Positions 13,458 to 22,979 of a stretch of 64,000 nt of DNA are shown in pieces. A program made the position numbers and the translations under genes. The stretch covers positions 49,918 through 113,917 of the forward strand of contig JAGKWR010000002.1 of assembly GCA_021151765.1 (NCBI GenBank), in the 5' to 3' direction. Below the pieces are notes generated by a model. It saw only the letters and a program-made list of their open reading frames with translations. It searched no databases and was not told the DNA's origin. This stretch comes from Alphaproteobacteria bacterium. GTDB taxonomy: Bacteria; Pseudomonadota; Alphaproteobacteria; Rickettsiales; UBA1997. The first letter of the stretch is position 1. Each line of letters begins with the position of its first letter.

Positions 13458-13466
13458 TAAACGATT

Positions 13467-13520
13467 TAGTGGTAAGACATTTCAACTTACCACTAACCGC
13501 TTACCACTTACCACTTTTTT
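13467..13520 (+). terminator. Hairpin plus a T run, with 'cttaccact' repeated three times, immediately abutting the coaX start codon
   Basis: The hairpin is tagtggtaag-acatttcaa-cttaccacta, followed by ccgcttaccacttaccactttttt and then ATG. Confidence 0.4.
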
Positions 13521-14291
13521 ATGCTCTTAACCTTCGACATCGGAAACACAAATATCGTTATTGGCCTTTTTGACGGCAATAAATTGACGCACAAATGGCG
13601 TATGATTTCTGACACCAAAAAGTCTGCTGACGATTACGCCGTTGATTTGATTGAACTTTTTTTGACTGATAAAATTGATTGTTTGAAAGTTTCAGGATCA
13701 ATTATCGCTTCGGTTGTACCAGCTTTGACTTCTAAAATTTTCGATGCCTTAAAAAAATTTACTAACGAACAAATTTTCATCGTTGGCGATAAAAACGTAA
13801 AGCTAGACATCGAAATTCTAGTCCAAAATAAAAATGAAGTTGGCGATGATCGCTTAATCAATTCAATTGCCGCACGTCAAAAATTTGGCAACTCATTGAT
13901 CGTTATTGATTTTGGCACTGCGACAACTTTTGATGTAGTCAGCCAAAACGGTGAATATCTTGGCGGCGTTATTGCGCCAGGTATCAATTTGTCGTTGAAA
14001 GCGTTGCACGATATGACCGCAAAATTGCCTAAAATTACTGTACGTTCTCAAAAAAATGTCATCGGTAAAAATACTATTGAAGCAATGAATTCAGGTGTTT
14101 ATTTCGGTTATATCTCTTTAATCGAAGGTTTGATCGAAAGAATCGAGAATGAATTAGGCTACAAAACCACCAGAATTATTACCGGAGGATTATCAGAAAT
14201 TTTTAAAGAAGCCTTGAAAACTCAAGTGCAACATCATGAGCCAGACTTAACGCTCGATGGCTTGAGAATGATTTATGAAAATAACAAATAA
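13521..14291 (+). CDS. coaX: Type III pantothenate kinase
   Basis: The N-terminal 'LLTFDIGNTNIVIGLF' and 'GTATTFD' motifs are present, and the length is 256 aa. Confidence 0.88.
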   Translation: MLLTFDIGNTNIVIGLFDGNKLTHKWRMISDTKKSADDYAVDLIELFLTDKIDCLKVSGSIIASVVPALTSKIFDALKKFTNEQIFIVGDKNVKLDIEILVQNKNEVGDDRLINSIAARQKFGNSLIVIDFGTATTFDVVSQNGEYLGGVIAPGINLSLKALHDMTAKLPKITVRSQKNVIGKNTIEAMNSGVYFGYISLIEGLIERIENELGYKTTRIITGGLSEIFKEALKTQVQHHEPDLTLDGLRMIYENNK

Positions 14292-14305
14292 AAACTAATC
14301 TTTTT

Positions 14306-14390
14306 CTGTCATCCCAAACGTTAGCGAATCTCTCAATTTTAGTTCAATCATAAACTAATTAGATCCTTCGCTTACGCTTGGGATGACAGA
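14306..14390. repeat. Palindromic intergenic element (23-bp inverted arms ctgtcatcccaaacgttagcgaa / ttcgcttacgcttgggatgacag, 37-bp spacer)
   Basis: The near-perfect inverted repeat was read directly. A related copy lies at 16159-16226. Confidence 0.6.
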
Positions 14391-14408
14391 CATAATAAAA
14401 TAAAAAAA

Positions 14409-16148
14409 ATGGAACTTAATCTTAAAAAACACTTCTCAGATTTAATTTTTCTGCCTCTTGGCGGTGCCAACGAAATCGGGATGAACCTTAACGTTTATCA
14501 TCTTGACGGCAAACTCTTAATCGTTGATTGCGGCGTGGGCTTCGCTTCCGACGTGCCAGGAATCGACATGATGACACCAGATATTTCTTTTTTGAAAGCT
14601 AACAAAAAAAATATTTTAGGAATTATCGTCACTCATATTCACGAAGATCATCTTGGTTCAATTCAATATTTATGGCGCGACTTGGAAGTTCCGGTCTACG
14701 CTTCCAACTTGGCAGCCAACTTTTTGCGCACCAAACTCGAAGAATTCAAACTCGATAAACAAGTTCCAATTCGTTTAATCGATTCCAGCAAAGATTTACA
14801 AATCGGACCTTTCAGCATTGAATTTCTTGGCTTGACGCACTCAGTTCCTGAGATGAAAGCTTTGATCATCAAAACTCCGAAAGGCAATATTTTACATACT
14901 GGCGACTGGAAATTTGATCCAAATCCAGTTATTGGCGAAGTTTCTGAAAAAGAAAAAATCCGCGAATGGGGCGATCAAGGAAAATTTTTAGCCGTAATTT
15001 GTGACTCAACCAACGCTATTTCTGAAGGCCATTCCAGATCAGAAGGCGATTTGCATAAATCTTTGAAATATCTAATCGAAGGCCGCAAAGGTATTGTCGG
15101 TGTTACAACTTTCGCTTCCAACATTGCGCGAATTTACACTATCGCATCAATTGCCAAAGAAGTTGGCCGTAAAGTTGTATTGGCTGGCTTTTCGCTACAC
15201 CGCATCTACGAAGTTGCTAAAAAAAGTGGCTACGATTTTTCTGGCTTCGATTTTATTTCTGATCGCGAAATCAAATTCCACGATAAAAAAGATTTGTTGG
15301 TAATCTGTACCGGCTGCCAAGGTGAACCTAACGCCGCTGCCAGAAAAATTGCCACTGATCATCATCCTACAATTCGCTTTACGATTGGCGATTTAATGAT
15401 TTTTTCGTCAAAAATTATTCCCGGTAATGAGAAAAAAATCTTCTCATTATTTGACGCCTTTGCCAAAAAACAAATCGATGTGATGACTGAAAAAGATCAC
15501 TTCGTTCACGTTTCTGGACATCCTTCGCAAGACGAGTTGAAAGAAATGTACGCCCTGGCCCGTCCTAAATTGGCAATTCCAGTTCATGGTGAATTTTTAC
15601 ACACCAAAGCTCACGCTGAGTTGGCTCGCGAATGCGGCGTTCCTCGTACAATTCAAATTGAAAATGGTTTGGCCGTGAAATTGCAGGAAGAAAATTTCCA
15701 AAGCGAATGTGGCATTGTCGGCATGGTAAAACACGGCTATTTCGGCGTTGATGGCAAACAACTCTTGGATTTAAACGGCGAAGTTATTCGCGAACGTCGT
15801 AAACTTCAAAGCGGCGGAATTGTTACTATTTCTTTAGCTTTGAATGATTCATTAGAAATGGCTTCGCGCCCAAGAATTCAGTGTATTGGTTCTTATGATT
15901 TAAAATCTGATCGCGATTCTGAAAAATTTATCCAAGAAGAAATTCAGTTTTTCCTCAAAAATAAAGCTAAAGAATTGGGCTTAAACAAAGTCTCTAAAGG
16001 CTTGTCGTTCTTGAAAAAAACCAAGAAAAAGAAAAGTTCAATTAACGCTGCCGAAATCGAAAAATCATTACGCGGTAAAATGCTAAAAATTTTCGAAGAT
16101 TTGATGGGAAAACGACCAGCTTTAGAGGTGACAGTCCACTTAATTTAA
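14409..16148 (+). CDS. rnj: Ribonuclease J (metallo-beta-lactamase/beta-CASP RNase)
   Basis: The 'THIHEDHLG' zinc motif, beta-CASP region and a C-terminal domain are present, in a 579-aa product. Confidence 0.88.
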   Translation: MELNLKKHFSDLIFLPLGGANEIGMNLNVYHLDGKLLIVDCGVGFASDVPGIDMMTPDISFLKANKKNILGIIVTHIHEDHLGSIQYLWRDLEVPVYASNLAANFLRTKLEEFKLDKQVPIRLIDSSKDLQIGPFSIEFLGLTHSVPEMKALIIKTPKGNILHTGDWKFDPNPVIGEVSEKEKIREWGDQGKFLAVICDSTNAISEGHSRSEGDLHKSLKYLIEGRKGIVGVTTFASNIARIYTIASIAKEVGRKVVLAGFSLHRIYEVAKKSGYDFSGFDFISDREIKFHDKKDLLVICTGCQGEPNAAARKIATDHHPTIRFTIGDLMIFSSKIIPGNEKKIFSLFDAFAKKQIDVMTEKDHFVHVSGHPSQDELKEMYALARPKLAIPVHGEFLHTKAHAELARECGVPRTIQIENGLAVKLQEENFQSECGIVGMVKHGYFGVDGKQLLDLNGEVIRERRKLQSGGIVTISLALNDSLEMASRPRIQCIGSYDLKSDRDSEKFIQEEIQFFLKNKAKELGLNKVSKGLSFLKKTKKKKSSINAAEIEKSLRGKMLKIFEDLMGKRPALEVTVHLI

Positions 16149-16158
16149 AAAATAAATT

Positions 16159-16226
16159 CCTGTCATCCTAAGCGTAGCGCAGGATCTCGTTAGATAAAAT
16201 ATCGGATCTCTTACGCCGGATGACAA
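16159..16226. repeat. Second copy of the palindromic element (cctgtcatcctaagcgtagcgcaggatc ... gatctcttacgccggatgacaa)
   Basis: It shares the core 'tgtcatcc.aa.cgt.agcg' and its inverse with the 14306-14390 element. It ends 13 nt before the start of the alaS C-terminal fragment. Confidence 0.5.
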
Positions 16227-16239
16227 ACTCGTAAAAACT

Positions 16240-18051
16240 ATGAAAGCCGAACTCAAAATTATTGCCGATCACTTACGTTCCACTTCTTTCTTGGTTGCCG
16301 ACGGCGTGTTGCCAAGCAACGAAGGTCGTGGTTATGTTTTGCGTCGTATCATGCGCCGCGCCATGCGCCAACTTCACAAACTTGGTGCTAAAGAAGCTAA
16401 AATGTACAAATTGGTTGATGCTTTAATCAACGAAATGGGCGCAGCTTATCCGGAATTATCACGTGCTAAAGCTGTCATCATCGAAACTCTGAAAAACGAA
16501 GAGGAAAAATTCCGCGAGACTTTGGAAAAAGGTTTGAAAATTTTGGAAGAGGAAATTGCCAAAACTAACTCTGCTAAATTTTCCGGCGAAACCGCTTTCA
16601 AACTTTACGATACTTACGGCTTCCCGCTTGACTTGACGCAAGATATTTTGAAAGAAAGAAATCTCGAAGTTGATATCGAAACTTTCAATCGCGAAATGGA
16701 AAATCAACGCGAAAGAGCTCGTAAAAACTGGGCTGGTTCTGGTGAAATGGCCGAAGAAAAAATCTTTTTCGACTTAAAAGAACAATTCGGCGCGACGCAA
16801 TTTTTGGGCTATGAAACTTTAAGCGCCAAGGCGAAAGTTTTAGCAGTTTATCCCAATTTTATTGTGCTTGACCAAACGCCATTTTACGCCACTTCTGGCG
16901 GTCAAAAAGGTGACGACGGCAAAATTGGCAACATCGAAATTTCTGAAACCAAAAAATTCGCTGGCGGATTATTCGCGCATTTTTTTGCTAACCAAAACTG
17001 CACTTTAAAAGTTGGCGATGAAGTTATCGCCGAAGTAAATTTTAAAACGCGCCAAGCTCGTGCTTGCAACCACTCAGCAACGCATTTAATGCACAAAGCT
17101 TTGAAAGAAGTTTTGGGAAATTCAATTTCGCAAAAAGGTTCTAACGTTGACTCTGATTACTTCACTTTCGACTTCAATTTCAATCGCGCCATGACGCCGC
17201 AAGAAATCGAAAAAGTCGAAGAAATGGTGAATACTCAAATCAAAAATTCCGCTTCTGTAAACACTAAATTAATGGGCTTGGAAGATGCGCGTAACAGCGG
17301 CGCTGAAGCTTTGTTTGGTGAAAAATACGACTCAGAAGTTCGCGTTGTAGCAATGGGAAATTCGATTGAACTTTGCGGTGGAACTCACGTTAAAAATACT
17401 GCAGATATCGAAATTTTTAAAATTATTTCAGAAAAATCTGTCGCTTCCGGAATCAGAAGAATCGAGGCTGTAAGTGGATTTTCCGCTCAAGAATTTTTAC
17501 GTCAGCAACAAGCAAAAGCGCAAAATCAAATCGCTGAATTAAAAGAAAAAATCGCCCAAAAAGATGCTGAAATTGCTTCTTTGAAAAATGCTGCGGTTGA
17601 AGAAAATCCAAGCTATTTGCTGGAAAATGACAGCAAAGTTTTGGAAGAAATTTTGAAGAAGAAAGACAAAGAAATCGAGAATCTCAAAAAGAATGCTGCT
17701 TTGGCAGAAATACAAAATTTAAAATCGGAAAAAATTGCCGATAAAAATTTCGCGCATCACATTTTCAATAATGTTGATGGCAAAATTTTCCGCGACATTG
17801 CTACTGAAATTAAAAACAAAGCTGAGTTCAAAGATAATAGCGTGATTGTTTTATTTAACTGCGTTGCCGATTCTGCAACCGCAACAATTATCGTTTCAGC
17901 CAATATCACAACGCAAGTTAATGGTAATAATTTGTTGAAATTAATCGGCGGCAAAGGTGGTGGCAAAGCTGATTTTGTAACTGGTGGCGGCATTATTTCA
18001 TCTCAAATTGCGACCGCAATTTCTGCAATTAAAGAAAATTTAAATTCCTAA
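16240..18051 (+). CDS. alaS: Alanyl-tRNA synthetase, C-terminal fragment (tRNA-recognition/helical domain, editing domain and C-Ala domain; 603 aa), separately encoded
   Basis: It begins 'MKAELKIIADHLRSTSFLVADGVLPSNEGRGYVLRRIMRRA', which matches E. coli AlaRS at about residues 268-310. It contains the editing-site 'HSATHLMHKAL' motif and the C-terminal 'GGKGGGKADFVTGGG'. There are no class II catalytic motifs, which are found in ORF 46991-47776. Confidence 0.85.
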   Translation: MKAELKIIADHLRSTSFLVADGVLPSNEGRGYVLRRIMRRAMRQLHKLGAKEAKMYKLVDALINEMGAAYPELSRAKAVIIETLKNEEEKFRETLEKGLKILEEEIAKTNSAKFSGETAFKLYDTYGFPLDLTQDILKERNLEVDIETFNREMENQRERARKNWAGSGEMAEEKIFFDLKEQFGATQFLGYETLSAKAKVLAVYPNFIVLDQTPFYATSGGQKGDDGKIGNIEISETKKFAGGLFAHFFANQNCTLKVGDEVIAEVNFKTRQARACNHSATHLMHKALKEVLGNSISQKGSNVDSDYFTFDFNFNRAMTPQEIEKVEEMVNTQIKNSASVNTKLMGLEDARNSGAEALFGEKYDSEVRVVAMGNSIELCGGTHVKNTADIEIFKIISEKSVASGIRRIEAVSGFSAQEFLRQQQAKAQNQIAELKEKIAQKDAEIASLKNAAVEENPSYLLENDSKVLEEILKKKDKEIENLKKNAALAEIQNLKSEKIADKNFAHHIFNNVDGKIFRDIATEIKNKAEFKDNSVIVLFNCVADSATATIIVSANITTQVNGNNLLKLIGGKGGGKADFVTGGGIISSQIATAISAIKENLNS

Positions 18052-18053
18052 AA

Positions 18054-19397
18054 ATGACTCGTAAATATTTCGGAACCGACGGTATTCGCGGCACAGCAAA
18101 TAAATTTCCGATGACTGCGGAAATCGCTTTAAAAGTTGGCATGGCCATCGGCGCTAAATTTATTGACGGCGACCATCGCCATCGCGTTGTTATCGGCAAA
18201 GATACTCGCCTTTCAGGATATGTTATTGAACCAGCATTAACCGCCGGATTGGCAGCCGTTGGCATGGATGTGTTTTTGGTCGGCCCTGTGCCAACTCCGG
18301 CCGTTTCGATGTTGACGCGATCAATTCGTGCTGATATCGGCATTATGATTTCAGCATCACACAATCCTTATCACGATAATGGCATCAAAATTTTCACACG
18401 TGACGGCCACAAACTTAGCGATAAATTGGAACGTGAAATTGAAGATTTGATTGAAGGCGACATCACTCCGCATTTGGCAAAATCTGAAAAATTCGGACGT
18501 GTAACTCGCCTTGATGATGCTTCTAATCGTTACATCGAGTTCGTTAAAAATTCTTTCCCGAAAGATAAAAATTTGACTGGCATGAAAATTGTCGTCGATT
18601 GCGCCAACGGTGCGGCGTATAAAATTGCTCCGAAAATATTTTGGGAACTTGGCGCCGACGTAATTGACATCGGAACTGAACCCAACGGTTTCAACATTAA
18701 CGAAAAATGCGGTTCAACTCATCCGGAAGCTTTATGTCAAAAAGTTATCGAAACTAAAGCTGATATTGGCATTGCTTTGGATGGTGACGCTGATCGTTTG
18801 TTGATCGTTGATGAAAAAGGTCAAGCTATTGATGGTGATCGCTTGATCGCTTTGATTGCCGAAAAATTACACAATGACGGCGCTTTGAAACGCGATACTG
18901 TTGTTGTAACTCAAATGTCCAACTTGGCGCTGGAAAATTATTTAAGTTATATTGGCGTTACGACAATTCGCTCGCAAGTTGGCGATCGTTACGTTTTGGA
19001 AGAAATGAAAAAGAATGGCTGCAACTTTGGCGGCGAACAATCCGGCCATATTGTGTTGTCTGATTACTCAACAACCGGCGATGGTTTGATTGCCGCCTTG
19101 CAAGTTTTATCCGTAATTTGTGACGCAAAAAAACCAGCAAGCGAAGTTTTAAACCTATTCCAGCCTTTCCCGCAATTGTTGAAAAATACTAAGTTTGAAG
19201 CTGGTAAAGCTAATCCTTTAGAACAGAAATCGGTTCAAGATTTCATTAAATCAAAAGAACAAGAACTAGCGGAAAATGGTAGAATCTTGGTGCGTAAATC
19301 AGGAACCGAAAACCTAATTCGCGTGATGGTTGAAGGCAAAGATCAACAACAAATCGAAAGAATCGCTGATGAAATTATCGCGGTAGTTAATTCTTAA
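18054..19397 (+). CDS. glmM: Phosphoglucosamine mutase
   Basis: The 'GIMISASHNPYHDNGIK' active-site serine loop and the four-domain PGM layout are present. Confidence 0.92.
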   Translation: MTRKYFGTDGIRGTANKFPMTAEIALKVGMAIGAKFIDGDHRHRVVIGKDTRLSGYVIEPALTAGLAAVGMDVFLVGPVPTPAVSMLTRSIRADIGIMISASHNPYHDNGIKIFTRDGHKLSDKLEREIEDLIEGDITPHLAKSEKFGRVTRLDDASNRYIEFVKNSFPKDKNLTGMKIVVDCANGAAYKIAPKIFWELGADVIDIGTEPNGFNINEKCGSTHPEALCQKVIETKADIGIALDGDADRLLIVDEKGQAIDGDRLIALIAEKLHNDGALKRDTVVVTQMSNLALENYLSYIGVTTIRSQVGDRYVLEEMKKNGCNFGGEQSGHIVLSDYSTTGDGLIAALQVLSVICDAKKPASEVLNLFQPFPQLLKNTKFEAGKANPLEQKSVQDFIKSKEQELAENGRILVRKSGTENLIRVMVEGKDQQQIERIADEIIAVVNS

Positions 19398-19440
19398 ATA
19401 AGCCCTTTTCTTTATTAATTAACCAAACCTCCAGACAACA

Positions 19441-19479
19441 AAAAAGCCGAGCCAGTTTAAAACTGACTCGGCTTTTTTA
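19441..19479. terminator. Bidirectional rho-independent terminator between glmM and the convergent pilin-like gene
   Basis: The sequence aaaaagccgagccagtt-taaa-aactgactcggcttttttaa has A/T runs on both sides. Confidence 0.65.
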
Positions 19480-19498
19480 ATTCAAAATCTAATACTAA

Positions 19499-20398
19499 TT
19501 ATGATTGAATTACGTTAATCGCATATTTTTTAGACAAATATTTTTCAATTTCTTGACGGTCTGATTTTTTCAAGACGTTATCGAAAACAATAACTTCCAT
19601 AATTTCGCCTTTTAAGCCTTGACCAACTCCATCAATTGCACCAACTGAAATTTTTGCTGTTGGAGAAACCCAAGCACTGCTAGCTACTGTTTTACTTCCT
19701 GTAGAACCATTCATATCAGCCACTCCATTAATATAGCTGAAAACTTCTGGATTAGCCACCAATTGTCCATCAACTGAACTTGGATCAATTGTTAAGCAAA
19801 TGATGCTAGCACTTCCTGCGTTTGCAACAATCTTAGCAGAACCAGTTACAGATCCAGCAACACCGTATACTAACACAACATTTCCATTTTCGTTAATTTG
19901 TACACCAAATCCATCTTGTTCTTGTGTACCGTTATAGAAGATTGTATTTGATTGACTAAGGTCAGTAGTTCTTACAACAAAGAACATAGTGTAAGAGTTA
20001 AAAGCAGAATCAATAACTCTCGTTCCATTAAAATGTCCAGAATCTGTTGAAACACCAGGAAGTGAATTAGTAGAGGTTGAAGCTACATATTTTGGAGAAT
20101 CAGACCCGACAAAGCCATTAGTAATTGAAAGCTGAGGATTTAAATCATTCCAAACTGATAAAACTGATTTATCAGTAGCTTCAGAACTTTTAAAACTACC
20201 TTCCATACTAGTTTCTAACCAAAGGGATAAACCTTTAATACTGTTTACTGGAGAACTTTGAGTCAGAGTTTTAGCAGTAGTGATCTTAGACTGTCTTACA
20301 AGACGACTAGCTTGAGTAACACCGGCAATTAGCACCCCGATAATAAGGATAACAATCGATAGCTCAATCAAAGAAAATGCACTGAGGTTTTTTTTCAT
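19499..20398 (-). CDS. Prepilin-type N-terminal domain protein with a LamG-like jellyroll (Laminin_G_3) domain, 299 aa
   Basis: The N-terminus 'KKNLSAFSLIELSIVILIIGVLIAG' is a class III signal-like pilin helix with E at +5. It is followed by 'LWLETS...SVWNDL...' and a C-terminal '...EIMEVIVFDNVLKKSDRQEIEKYLSKKY', as in pilin-LamG proteins. It is a paralog of ORF 47839-49788. Confidence 0.75.
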   Translation of the reverse strand: MKKNLSAFSLIELSIVILIIGVLIAGVTQASRLVRQSKITTAKTLTQSSPVNSIKGLSLWLETSMEGSFKSSEATDKSVLSVWNDLNPQLSITNGFVGSDSPKYVASTSTNSLPGVSTDSGHFNGTRVIDSAFNSYTMFFVVRTTDLSQSNTIFYNGTQEQDGFGVQINENGNVVLVYGVAGSVTGSAKIVANAGSASIICLTIDPSSVDGQLVANPEVFSYINGVADMNGSTGSKTVASSAWVSPTAKISVGAIDGVGQGLKGEIMEVIVFDNVLKKSDRQEIEKYLSKKYAINVIQS

Positions 20399-20408
20399 AA
20401 TAAAATTT

Positions 20409-21662
20409 TTACTGTTTGTTGAAATACAGGGTGACTAAACTTCCAAAAAAAATGGATAGAATCGATGCGATTAAAATTCCGATTTTTACGCGGTCAAGAA
20501 TTATCATTACTGAATCTGTAATTGTATTATTTTGCACAAAAGACAACTCACCGATAAATAAACTCATGGTAAAGCCAATAGCTGTAAAAATGACTACTGA
20601 GTAAAATTTAGACCAACTAACTCTAGCACCCAGATTCTTAGGCAATTCAGCTATTTTCATTTTAACAGCTACGAAACTAAACAACATAACTCCAATCTGT
20701 TTACCGAAAAACAAACCACAAATAATTCCCAAAGTAAGAGAATCACATAAGTCATTTACAGAAATATTTGAGATTTTTACTCCACTATTCGCCAAGGCAA
20801 AAATTGGTAAGATTAAAAAATTAACCCACGGAGAAATTCTATGCGCCAAATTCTTTAAAAAATCCTGATTATGAGTTTTTAATGGAATAAAAAATGCTAA
20901 CAAAACTCCGGCTAGAGTCGCATGAATACCTGATTTCAGAACGAATAGCCACAACAAAATTCCAAGTAACAAATACAGTACAATGTTTCCTGAATTATAA
21001 CGATTTAACAATCCAAGAACCACTAAAGGTATCAAACTTAACCCCAAAAAAACGAAGCTCAAATCTTGGGAATAGAAAGCTGCAATTATTACAATCGCCA
21101 TCAAATCATCGAGCACTGCCAAAGTGACGATAAAAACTTTCAAACAATGTGGAATTCTTTTGCCGAAGAAACAAATTACTCCGTAAGCAAAAGCAATGTC
21201 CGTAGCAGTTGGTATTGCAAAACCTGTTAAATTTTGCGGCTTATTAAAATTGAAAGCACAAAAAATTATCGCCGGAACTATAACTCCGCCGAAAGCTGCC
21301 AATGCCGGCAGTGAGATTTTCTTTACACTGTTCAACTCTCCAACCAAGATTTCTTTCTTAAGTTCAAGACCGATTAGAAAGAAAAAAATCGCCATCAGAG
21401 CATCATTAATCCAATCTTTGAGGGATAAATTTTTGTGGATCGATAAAAGGTCGATTGTAAGCGGCATTTGCTTGCCTAGTATGGCAAAATAATAGTCAGA
21501 GTAACTCGAATTAACCCAAATTAAAGCGCAAGCGGTTGCTAAAAACAGTAAAATTGCCGTTGCAGCTTCAAGTTCGAAGAATTTTTTTATTCTAGTTGGA
21601 AGTAATTTATATTTTGAAGTCTTCACCAAGATAAACCTTTTTAACATCGGCGTTATTAACAA
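20409..21662 (-). CDS. nhaA: Na+/H+ antiporter NhaA (start probably at an internal Met near 21647)
   Basis: The '[21 protein letters not shown]' and '[13 protein letters not shown]' NhaA signatures are present. The 5' end overlaps lptB. Confidence 0.88.
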   Translation of the reverse strand: MLITPMLKRFILVKTSKYKLLPTRIKKFFELEAATAILLFLATACALIWVNSSYSDYYFAILGKQMPLTIDLLSIHKNLSLKDWINDALMAIFFFLIGLELKKEILVGELNSVKKISLPALAAFGGVIVPAIIFCAFNFNKPQNLTGFAIPTATDIAFAYGVICFFGKRIPHCLKVFIVTLAVLDDLMAIVIIAAFYSQDLSFVFLGLSLIPLVVLGLLNRYNSGNIVLYLLLGILLWLFVLKSGIHATLAGVLLAFFIPLKTHNQDFLKNLAHRISPWVNFLILPIFALANSGVKISNISVNDLCDSLTLGIICGLFFGKQIGVMLFSFVAVKMKIAELPKNLGARVSWSKFYSVVIFTAIGFTMSLFIGELSFVQNNTITDSVMIILDRVKIGILIASILSIFFGSLVTLYFNKQ

Positions 21663-22332
21663 TTTCGTCTTTTGTACCTGAAGTCAAAATCATGCCATCG
21701 TAAACAATATAAGCTCGATCCACAATTGATAAAGTTTCACGCACATTGTGATCAGTAATCAAAACACCAATATTTTTACGAGTTAGATGCGAAACCAAGA
21801 TTCTAATATCATTTACCGCAATTGGATCAATACCAGCAAATGGTTCATCGAGTAAAATAAATGATGGATTTGATGCTAAAGCACGAGCAATTTCCGCCCT
21901 TCTTCTCTCACCACCAGACAATGCCAAGGCGTGAGATTTTCTGATGTGAGTGATTGAAAATTCTTGTAGCAATTCTTCCAAGCGTTCTTTGCGCTTTACT
22001 GAATCTTGTTCGACAATTTCCAGAATCGAGTAAATATTCTCTTCTACAGTCATATCGCGAAAAATCGAGGCTTCTTGCGGTAAATAGCCGATGCCAAGGC
22101 GGGCTCTTTGATACATTGGCATATCTGTAATATCGATCTGATCGAGAAAAATATTACCATGACCAACATTTACCAAACCAACAATCATATAAAAACACGT
22201 GGTTTTTCCTGCGCCATTAGGACCAAGCAATCCGATAACTTCACCTTGTTTTATCTCAAAACTGATATCGCGAATAACGGTTTTTTTACCGTATTTTTTG
22301 CCTAAATTTTTTGCGCTTAAAACCTTAATCAT
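21607..22332 (-). CDS. lptB: LPS export ABC transporter ATP-binding protein
   Basis: Walker A 'GPNGAGKTT', the ABC signature 'LSGGERRR' and Walker B 'ILLDEP' are present, and it is adjacent to an OstA-like gene. Confidence 0.9.
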   Translation of the reverse strand: MIKVLSAKNLGKKYGKKTVIRDISFEIKQGEVIGLLGPNGAGKTTCFYMIVGLVNVGHGNIFLDQIDITDMPMYQRARLGIGYLPQEASIFRDMTVEENIYSILEIVEQDSVKRKERLEELLQEFSITHIRKSHALALSGGERRRAEIARALASNPSFILLDEPFAGIDPIAVNDIRILVSHLTRKNIGVLITDHNVRETLSIVDRAYIVYDGMILTSGTKDEIVNNADVKKVYLGEDFKI

Positions 22333-22979
22333 TGCTGTTCTTTTGACTTTTTAAACTCTTTGGCATCGTCGCCAAGTATCACTGTAACTCTTTTATCAAA
22401 ACCTACCGGATGTTCTTTTTGATCACCCACAAAGTAACTTTTTTTCGTGGCAATATGATGAATAAATTTGTCACCACGTGCCACAGAAACTCCGTTATTC
22501 ACCATAACATTTTTTTCCAAAACAAAAATATCTTGTTCTGGGTCGTAATATCCTTTATCGCCTACTGCTGTGAATTCATCACTAAAAATTCTAACTTTCT
22601 CGTTAGTGTAAACTCGCTTGATTACCGATTTATTTTTATTTGGTTCTCTATTTTGTTCTATTTTTTTTTCTGCGCCCTCTTCTGAAGTTTCTTCAGATTT
22701 CTGTTTTTCTAATTTCTTCTCTTTTTTTTCAGCATAGAGAATAGTCATTTTGTTGGATAAAAAACTGCTGTCATCTTTTTCAACTACAACGTTACCAATA
22801 AAATTTACTTGTTCAGATTTTCTCTTGATGTCGATTATATCTGATCTTATTTTCGTCGGGCTTGTTTTGGAAGATTTAGGCGCGCTCTTTTCTTTCAATT
22901 CAACATCTTCTTGCGCAACAGCGAAGTCACACAAAAAAAGCAAAAACAATAATTTGAATATGATGAAGAACCTGAACAT
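22329..22979 (-). CDS. lptA: LptA/OstA-family periplasmic LPS transport protein (start taken at MFRFF...)
   Basis: A signal peptide is followed by an OstA-N-like beta-jellyroll with a Lys/Glu-rich insertion. Its position upstream of lptB matches lptA-lptB synteny. Confidence 0.65.
   Translation of the reverse strand: MFRFFIIFKLLFLLFLCDFAVAQEDVELKEKSAPKSSKTSPTKIRSDIIDIKRKSEQVNFIGNVVVEKDDSSFLSNKMTILYAEKKEKKLEKQKSEETSEEGAEKKIEQNREPNKNKSVIKRVYTNEKVRIFSDEFTAVGDKGYYDPEQDIFVLEKNVMVNNGVSVARGDKFIHHIATKKSYFVGDQKEHPVGFDKRVTVILGDDAKEFKKSKEQQ

Noticed and set aside
16240-18051. The possibility that the alaS fragments are joined by an intein or by programmed frameshifting
   Set aside because: The N-fragment ends in a clean TAA after '...EIQKIV'. 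The C-fragment begins with its own ATG right at the homology continuation. There are no Cys/Ser...His-Asn intein boundary residues or extra about 150-aa insert at either end. The loci are 29 kb apart.
21607-21662. A 56-nt overlap between nhaA and lptB as evidence of gene fusion or a frameshift
   Set aside because: NhaA has internal Met codons (for example at about 21647), and its conserved region begins well downstream. The long overlap most likely reflects an over-extended ORF call rather than biology.
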